From an uncultured Ignavibacteria bacterium (GTDB lineage Bacteria > Bacteroidota > Ignavibacteria > Kapaibacteriales > UBA2268), in the NCBI GenBank assembly GCA_937127445.1, contig CAKZLY010000030.1, positions 10,023 through 74,022 on the forward strand: a DNA stretch of 64,000 nucleotides. The letters are read 5' to 3'. Within the stretch, counting starts at the first letter, position 1. The number at the start of each line of letters is the position of its first letter. The notes beneath the pieces were generated by a model. It worked only from the letters and a program-made list of their open reading frames with translations, did no database searches and was not told the DNA's origin. Below are positions 59,024-64,000 of the stretch, in pieces. A program made the position numbers and the translations under genes.

Positions 59024-60976
59024 ATGAGAAATCTTTATTTCTTTTCTTTGTTCATGTTGTTATTAACCTGTGGGAATGCACTTTCGCAAAAATATGCACA
59101 ACCTGAAAGCGTTGTTTATGACCAGCACCGAGATTGCTATTATATTTCTAATGTTGGGGTTCAGGGTGTTTATGATGGTCAAATTATCAAACGCAATCCT
59201 AATGGAACGCTTGAATACCTAATTGCAGCAAATCAGTTGCAAGACCCAAAAGGAATGTATATAGTTGGGGATACACTCTTTGTTGCTGATAATTACAAGT
59301 TATATTACATTAATCTAACGTCTCGAGCTATTGTAGGTTCAACTATACTTGGGCTGACAAATCTATTTTTAAACGATATTGTAGCCGACGAACAAGGCTA
59401 TATATACATTTCTGACACTTATCAAGCCAACATTTTTAGGGTAAAAGCAAGCAAACCTGATAAATTTGAGCAATTATCTTTTTTAGGAAGTATGTCCAAT
59501 GCAAATGGGATGATATTCGACAAGGAAAATAACAGAATACTGATCGTTTCTTATCAACCAAATGCTTTGATTTATGCATTAAGTTTAGAAACGTTTCAAA
59601 TTTCTGTAATTCGGAATTCGAGTTTGAGTTATTTAGATGGGATAGCGAGAGATAGAGAGGGGAATTACTATGTTTCTGCTTGGGGAAATAATAATATTGG
59701 TGGTATATATAAATACAACAAGCAACTAACAGAGCCTCCTACACTTGTTTATGGACCACTCAACGGACCCGCTGATATATTAATTGATACAACAAATAAT
59801 ATGCTTGTAATTCCCGAGATGGGAGCAAACAAAGTTCATTTCGTCAGTTTAAGCAATGAAATTCAGCCACCAAGCTTATTATTCCCACCGAATAATAGTA
59901 ATGGTTTTGGTAGAAGTGTAGATTTAAGATTTTCAAAAGTATTCGAAGCGGTGCGCTATGAAGTGCAAGTAAGCAACGATGAAAGTTTTTCAAATATAGT
60001 ATTATCAAAAGAAACATATGATACTTTATTATCAGTAGAGTTAGAGCAAGTTTCGACAAAATATTATTGGAGAATAAGGTCTTTTTCTCTTACTGAACAA
60101 AGTGAATGGAGCGAAGTTTGGACTTTCACGAGTGCTGCAAATTTTTACGAAAAGCCATTACTACTTCAGCCGTCGAATGGGAATTTAAAAACACCACGCC
60201 AGCCTACGTTTGTTTGGACGAAATCAAATCAGTCTTTGTATAAACTTCAAATTTGGACAAACGAGAAAGCACAAGGAAAACCAATTACTGAAATAAGCAA
60301 TATTGCGGACACAACATATAAATTAAGTATAAATCTTGAACTGCAAAATACATATTATTGGAGAGTGATGGCATATTCAGGATATGTTAATAGCGGCTGG
60401 TCTGAGATGTCTATGTTTTATGTAAATGAAACAGCACCATCAGCACCATTATTATATAGTCCCGAAAATGAAGCGACAAATACTTCGCTTACACATAAAT
60501 TCATTTGGCAGAAAACCGATGCAGAAAATTATCGCCTTCAAGTAAGCAAAACATCAAATTTCAACAATGTAGTAATTGATGTTACTGATCTTACAGATAC
60601 AACTTTTACACCGACCGAACAATTGGAAGAAAATACACGCTATTGGTGGAGAGTGCGTGCATATACTGGCTCACAAGGTAGATGGTCACCGGTTTATTCA
60701 TTCACGACGCTGAATTTAGCGTCGGTTAATGAAAGAGCCAATAATAGATTGCAGGTTTATCCAAATCCAGCAAATAGCTACATCAACACAAAGTCGGACG
60801 AGGAAATTTATCAGGTTATGATAATAAATAGCATTGGTCAATTGGTCGGTTATTACAACATAAATGGAGAAAAAACGTTTAGAATTGATATTGATAGAAT
60901 TAATTCGGGAAATTATTACATATTGTTTAAATCGAAAAAAAATGATTATCTTGAAAAATTAATAATTAAAAAATAG
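59024..60976 (+). CDS. secreted beta-propeller + three FN3-like repeats + T9SS C-terminal domain protein
   Basis: Start MRNLYFF (ATG 59024) with a signal peptide. The N-terminal about 300 aa carry NHL/SGL-like blade repeats. Three about 95-aa repeats each end in a YYWR(I/V)R motif. The C-terminal about 80 aa form a T9SS CTD. Confidence 0.6.
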   Translation: MRNLYFFSLFMLLLTCGNALSQKYAQPESVVYDQHRDCYYISNVGVQGVYDGQIIKRNPNGTLEYLIAANQLQDPKGMYIVGDTLFVADNYKLYYINLTSRAIVGSTILGLTNLFLNDIVADEQGYIYISDTYQANIFRVKASKPDKFEQLSFLGSMSNANGMIFDKENNRILIVSYQPNALIYALSLETFQISVIRNSSLSYLDGIARDREGNYYVSAWGNNNIGGIYKYNKQLTEPPTLVYGPLNGPADILIDTTNNMLVIPEMGANKVHFVSLSNEIQPPSLLFPPNNSNGFGRSVDLRFSKVFEAVRYEVQVSNDESFSNIVLSKETYDTLLSVELEQVSTKYYWRIRSFSLTEQSEWSEVWTFTSAANFYEKPLLLQPSNGNLKTPRQPTFVWTKSNQSLYKLQIWTNEKAQGKPITEISNIADTTYKLSINLELQNTYYWRVMAYSGYVNSGWSEMSMFYVNETAPSAPLLYSPENEATNTSLTHKFIWQKTDAENYRLQVSKTSNFNNVVIDVTDLTDTTFTPTEQLEENTRYWWRVRAYTGSQGRWSPVYSFTTLNLASVNERANNRLQVYPNPANSYINTKSDEEIYQVMIINSIGQLVGYYNINGEKTFRIDIDRINSGNYYILFKSKKNDYLEKLIIKK

Positions 60977-60977
60977 T

Positions 60978-61781
60978 ATGATTGAAAAAATAAGGTCTAT
61001 TGCAATAGAAGCTGCTATCGAAGCAGGGAAAATACTCAAAGAAGGTTACGGCAAGAATATAAAAATAGGGTCTAAAAGCGGAGTAAATGATTTAGTAACT
61101 GAATATGATATAAAATCTGAAAAAAGGATAATAGAAATACTATCAGCGGAATTCCCAGAAAGTAATTTTCTTTGTGAGGAAAGCGGGAAATCGGATAAAA
61201 CTGGCAATCCAATCAGGTGGATAATTGACCCATTGGACGGAACGGTCAATTACGCGCACAAAGTTCCAATTTTCAGCATAAGTATTGCAGCAGAAGTTGA
61301 TGGGGAAATTGTTGCTGGCGTTGTCTATCAACCAATGGTGGAAGAACTGTTCGTTGCAGTGAAAGGACAAGGTGCATTTTTAAATGGAAAAAGGACTTTT
61401 GTAAGTGATTGTGAAGAAATAAATCGCTCTTATCTTGTTACAGGATTTCCATATAATGTAGGAGAAAATCCGGGGAATTGCATAGAAGTTTTTGTGGATA
61501 TTGTTCAGCTTGGTATACCGGTAAGACGTCTTGGATCAGCGGCATTAGATTTAGCGTATGTAGCAGGAGGACGATTTGATGGGTTCTGGGAAATTGATTT
61601 AAATCCGTGGGATGTAGCTGCGGGAATATTATTGGTTGAAGAAGCTGGCGGAATGGTGTCGAATTTCGATAGAAGCCCATATAAATTAGGCGATAGAACA
61701 ATATTGGCAACTAATGGATTAATTCACATAAAAGCAAGCGAACTCATAACTACTTGTTCACTCGAAAGGAGGAGAAGATGA
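60978..61781 (+). CDS. inositol monophosphatase family protein
   Basis: WIIDPLDGTVNYAHKVP and WDVAAG motifs. Confidence 0.8.
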   Translation: MIEKIRSIAIEAAIEAGKILKEGYGKNIKIGSKSGVNDLVTEYDIKSEKRIIEILSAEFPESNFLCEESGKSDKTGNPIRWIIDPLDGTVNYAHKVPIFSISIAAEVDGEIVAGVVYQPMVEELFVAVKGQGAFLNGKRTFVSDCEEINRSYLVTGFPYNVGENPGNCIEVFVDIVQLGIPVRRLGSAALDLAYVAGGRFDGFWEIDLNPWDVAAGILLVEEAGGMVSNFDRSPYKLGDRTILATNGLIHIKASELITTCSLERRRR

Positions 61782-62644
61782 ATATTGCTGTAACTTATAT
61801 GTCTGGCTCTGGAAATTTATTTACTGTGATAGATGGAAGAAATTATAATTTTTCCCCAAAAGAATTATCAAAACTGGCAAAGTTTCTATGTCATTCTAAT
61901 CAATTTAACGGAGTGAGGACAGAAGGACTGATTGTAATTCAGGAGTCGAAAGATGAGAAAGTAGATTTTGATGTTGATTTCTTTAACCCCGATGGTTCGA
62001 GCGGAATGATGTGTGGTAATGGTGGCAGATGCGCTATTTTTTATACTAATAAGCACAAAATTACAAAAAACAAAGAACTAAAATTTAGATTTTCAGGGAA
62101 AATATATTCAGGAAGAATAACCGACAAAATTGAGATTGAATTCGAGCCACCCAAAGAAATACGTACTGTTAGTATTGATATTAATGGACGAAATTACAAT
62201 GGAACCTTCGTAAATGTCGGGACCGAGCATTTTGTACTGGAAATAAAGGCGAACACACCAGATAGTTTTTATAAGCTGGATATATCAAATTTAGGTAAGT
62301 TAATCAGAAATCATAGTTATTTTGCACCGAAAGGGACAAATGCTAATTTTTATCTTGAATGGAATGGGAAAATCTTATTGAGAACGTATGAGCGAGGTGT
62401 CGAAGCAGAAACTGGGGCTTGCGGGACTGGTGCAATATCAACAATATTGGCATATCAGAAGAATAATACTACAAAAAGCATTACGGAAGTTATACCAACC
62501 TCTAAAATTCCTGTTTGGGTTGAAATAGTTCGCAGCGGAGAGCAAATAGAAAAAATAATATTATCAGGACCTGCTGAAATAATCGGTTCGCAGGAAGTAA
62601 TATTACCTGACAATTTTATGGAGATTGAAGCACGTATTGGATAA
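61778..62644 (+). CDS. dapF: diaminopimelate epimerase
   Basis: Both catalytic Cys motifs are present (MMCGNGGRC and ETGACGTGAIS). RBS AGGAGGAG. 4-nt overlap with the upstream gene. Confidence 0.8.
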   Translation: MNIAVTYMSGSGNLFTVIDGRNYNFSPKELSKLAKFLCHSNQFNGVRTEGLIVIQESKDEKVDFDVDFFNPDGSSGMMCGNGGRCAIFYTNKHKITKNKELKFRFSGKIYSGRITDKIEIEFEPPKEIRTVSIDINGRNYNGTFVNVGTEHFVLEIKANTPDSFYKLDISNLGKLIRNHSYFAPKGTNANFYLEWNGKILLRTYERGVEAETGACGTGAISTILAYQKNNTTKSITEVIPTSKIPVWVEIVRSGEQIEKIILSGPAEIIGSQEVILPDNFMEIEARIG

Positions 62645-63644
62645 TTTCGGCAGCAGAGCGAACTTGATCGGAAGTTATTTCTAAATAAAAGACAGCACGA
62701 ATAATTTGTCCATCGAAATGGCTTAGTAATAAGCCATTTTTTTTGCATTTTTTGATAAAATCAAGAGGATTGATGGAAGCGGTAAGCTCAAATCGAACAA
62801 TATTAGTCTGGATGCGAGCCATATCCACGTTGATGTGTTCAATTTCCGAAATCAAGGAAGCGAACAAACGAGCATTTTCGTGGTCTATTTTCAGTCGTTG
62901 AAGATTATTTTCGAAAGCGTAAAGACCGGCTGCGGCAAGAATACCAACTTGCCGCATCCCACCACCCAGGATTTTCCTCCAATGACGAGCTTTTTCAATA
63001 TATTCGTTAGATGATACCACAAGCGAACCAATTGGCGCACCGAGCCCTTTCGACAAACAAATTGAAATTGTATCGAAATATTTAGCGTATGAGGCGCCAT
63101 CAATTCCCGTTTCAGCAATTGCATTCCAAATTCGGGCACCATCAAGATGGAGTTTGATCTTGTAAGAATCAGCTAAATCTCGCAATTTTTGTATGTATTC
63201 AATTGGAGCAATAGTTCCACCGTGACGGTTGTGTGTATTTTCAACACAAATGACAGATGTTTTTGGGAAATAATAAATGTTGGGTCTAATAGCTCGCTTT
63301 ATATCATTCAAATCGGGAAATCCGAGTTTAGAACTTATTGTTTTAATCTGAACATTTGAAATAATTGCAGGTGCGGCGGTCTCGTAGTAAAAGATATGAG
63401 CATCGGCATCTGCAATAATTTCGTCGCCTGGTGAGGTGAGCACTTTAAGGCAAAGTTGATTGCTCATTGTTCCGGATGGTACAAACAATGCAGATTCTTT
63501 TCCAAAATAAGAAGCAATTTTTTCTTGAAGTAAGTTTGTGGTTGGGTCTTCGCCATAGACGTCGTCCCCAACTTCGGCAGAGGCAATAGCTTTGCGCATA
63601 TCTTCGTCGGGACGGGTAAGAGTATCGCTTCGCAGATCAATCAT
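62616..63644 (-). CDS. low-specificity L-threonine aldolase (PLP)
   Basis: IDLRSDTLTRP N-terminus and the PLP-lysine region (CLSKGLGAPIGS). Confidence 0.85.
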   Translation of the reverse strand: MIDLRSDTLTRPDEDMRKAIASAEVGDDVYGEDPTTNLLQEKIASYFGKESALFVPSGTMSNQLCLKVLTSPGDEIIADADAHIFYYETAAPAIISNVQIKTISSKLGFPDLNDIKRAIRPNIYYFPKTSVICVENTHNRHGGTIAPIEYIQKLRDLADSYKIKLHLDGARIWNAIAETGIDGASYAKYFDTISICLSKGLGAPIGSLVVSSNEYIEKARHWRKILGGGMRQVGILAAAGLYAFENNLQRLKIDHENARLFASLISEIEHINVDMARIQTNIVRFELTASINPLDFIKKCKKNGLLLSHFDGQIIRAVFYLEITSDQVRSAAEIIQYVLQSP

Positions 63645-63645
63645 T

Positions 63646-63987
63646 TTAGCTTTCTTTGAATTTTTTCATAATATCTTTTGCTTTAACGCCTTTTCTGGGG
63701 ACAAGAAGAACAGTTTTTGGCGAGAGAGTATCGAGAGTTTGCTGCTTCATACTTGGGTAATAAACACCGGTATAAATATGACCTTCCGAGATATAAGCAA
63801 GATTTTCACTTAAAATTGGGCTATTGGAAAATCTTTTTTGTATCATTTCTTTCATTTGTTCAGGGATAGCAGTTGTATCACCAGGGTTATAAATATATGC
63901 GATCAGAACATCAGGGGACATATGTGAGTGAATTTCGTCTTTTGGGATTTTACTATCTTTATATTTATCAATAATTCTTTTTTGCAT
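63646..63987 (-). CDS. hypothetical protein
   Basis: 113-aa ORF with no motif. Its stop is 1 nt from the threonine aldolase start. Confidence 0.35.
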   Translation of the reverse strand: MQKRIIDKYKDSKIPKDEIHSHMSPDVLIAYIYNPGDTTAIPEQMKEMIQKRFSNSPILSENLAYISEGHIYTGVYYPSMKQQTLDTLSPKTVLLVPRKGVKAKDIMKKFKES

Positions 63988-64000
63988 TAATTCTTTCGAA

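Noticed and set aside
1-64000. CRISPR arrays, tandem repeats, IS elements, integrases, restriction-modification or toxin-antitoxin pairs
   Set aside because: I found no regularly spaced direct repeats, no transposase, recombinase, nuclease or methylase motifs, and no small paired ORFs typical of TA systems. The window looks like core chromosome.

Overview
This window reads as a chromosomal, mostly housekeeping segment of a low-GC bacterium (roughly 35% GC by eye). Many proteins carry type IX secretion (T9SS) C-terminal sorting tails, FCB-type -7 promoter motifs (TAnnTTTG) are present, and Wza/Wzz and TonB-dependent receptor genes occur. Together these point to the Fibrobacteres-Chlorobi-Bacteroidetes (FCB) superphylum. 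A CheD-type chemotaxis domain hints at a motile lineage such as Ignavibacteria; the taxonomy is inference. I can support about 60 protein-coding genes, 2 tRNAs (Glu-CTC and Met/Ile2-CAT) and several rho-independent terminators. I see no transposase, integrase, CRISPR array, restriction-modification or obvious defence genes, and no large repeats. Recognisable core genes are purE, pckA (with an upstream aminotransferase), cysS, dapF, a threonine aldolase, HMG-CoA lyase, an acyl-CoA carboxyltransferase with a biotin carrier protein, two class-B penicillin-binding proteins, a NagZ-like glycoside hydrolase, an ABC exporter, a Kef-type antiporter and an agmatinase-like enzyme. The regions I would look at again are: (1) a three-gene signalling module at 19540-25401: a 1439-aa cytoplasmic multi-PAS/GAF hybrid histidine kinase, a fusion of a CheB-like receiver to CheD, and a LytR_C-domain membrane protein; (2) a tightly overlapped ECF sigma / anti-sigma / lipoprotein trio at 40532-43031, where the anti-sigma factor has a porin-like C-terminal domain; (3) a Wza-Wzz polysaccharide-export pair placed directly in front of an FtsL-like gene and an FtsI that carries two PASTA domains, with no mraZ/rsmH; (4) a TonB-dependent receptor co-oriented with a T9SS-secreted beta-helix protein; (5) a GT2 + MFS overlapping pair; and (6) a TPR protein / orphan PstS-like binding protein / micro-membrane protein operon. 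None of these is a proven novel system. They are candidates ranked by how unusual the architecture looks from sequence alone.
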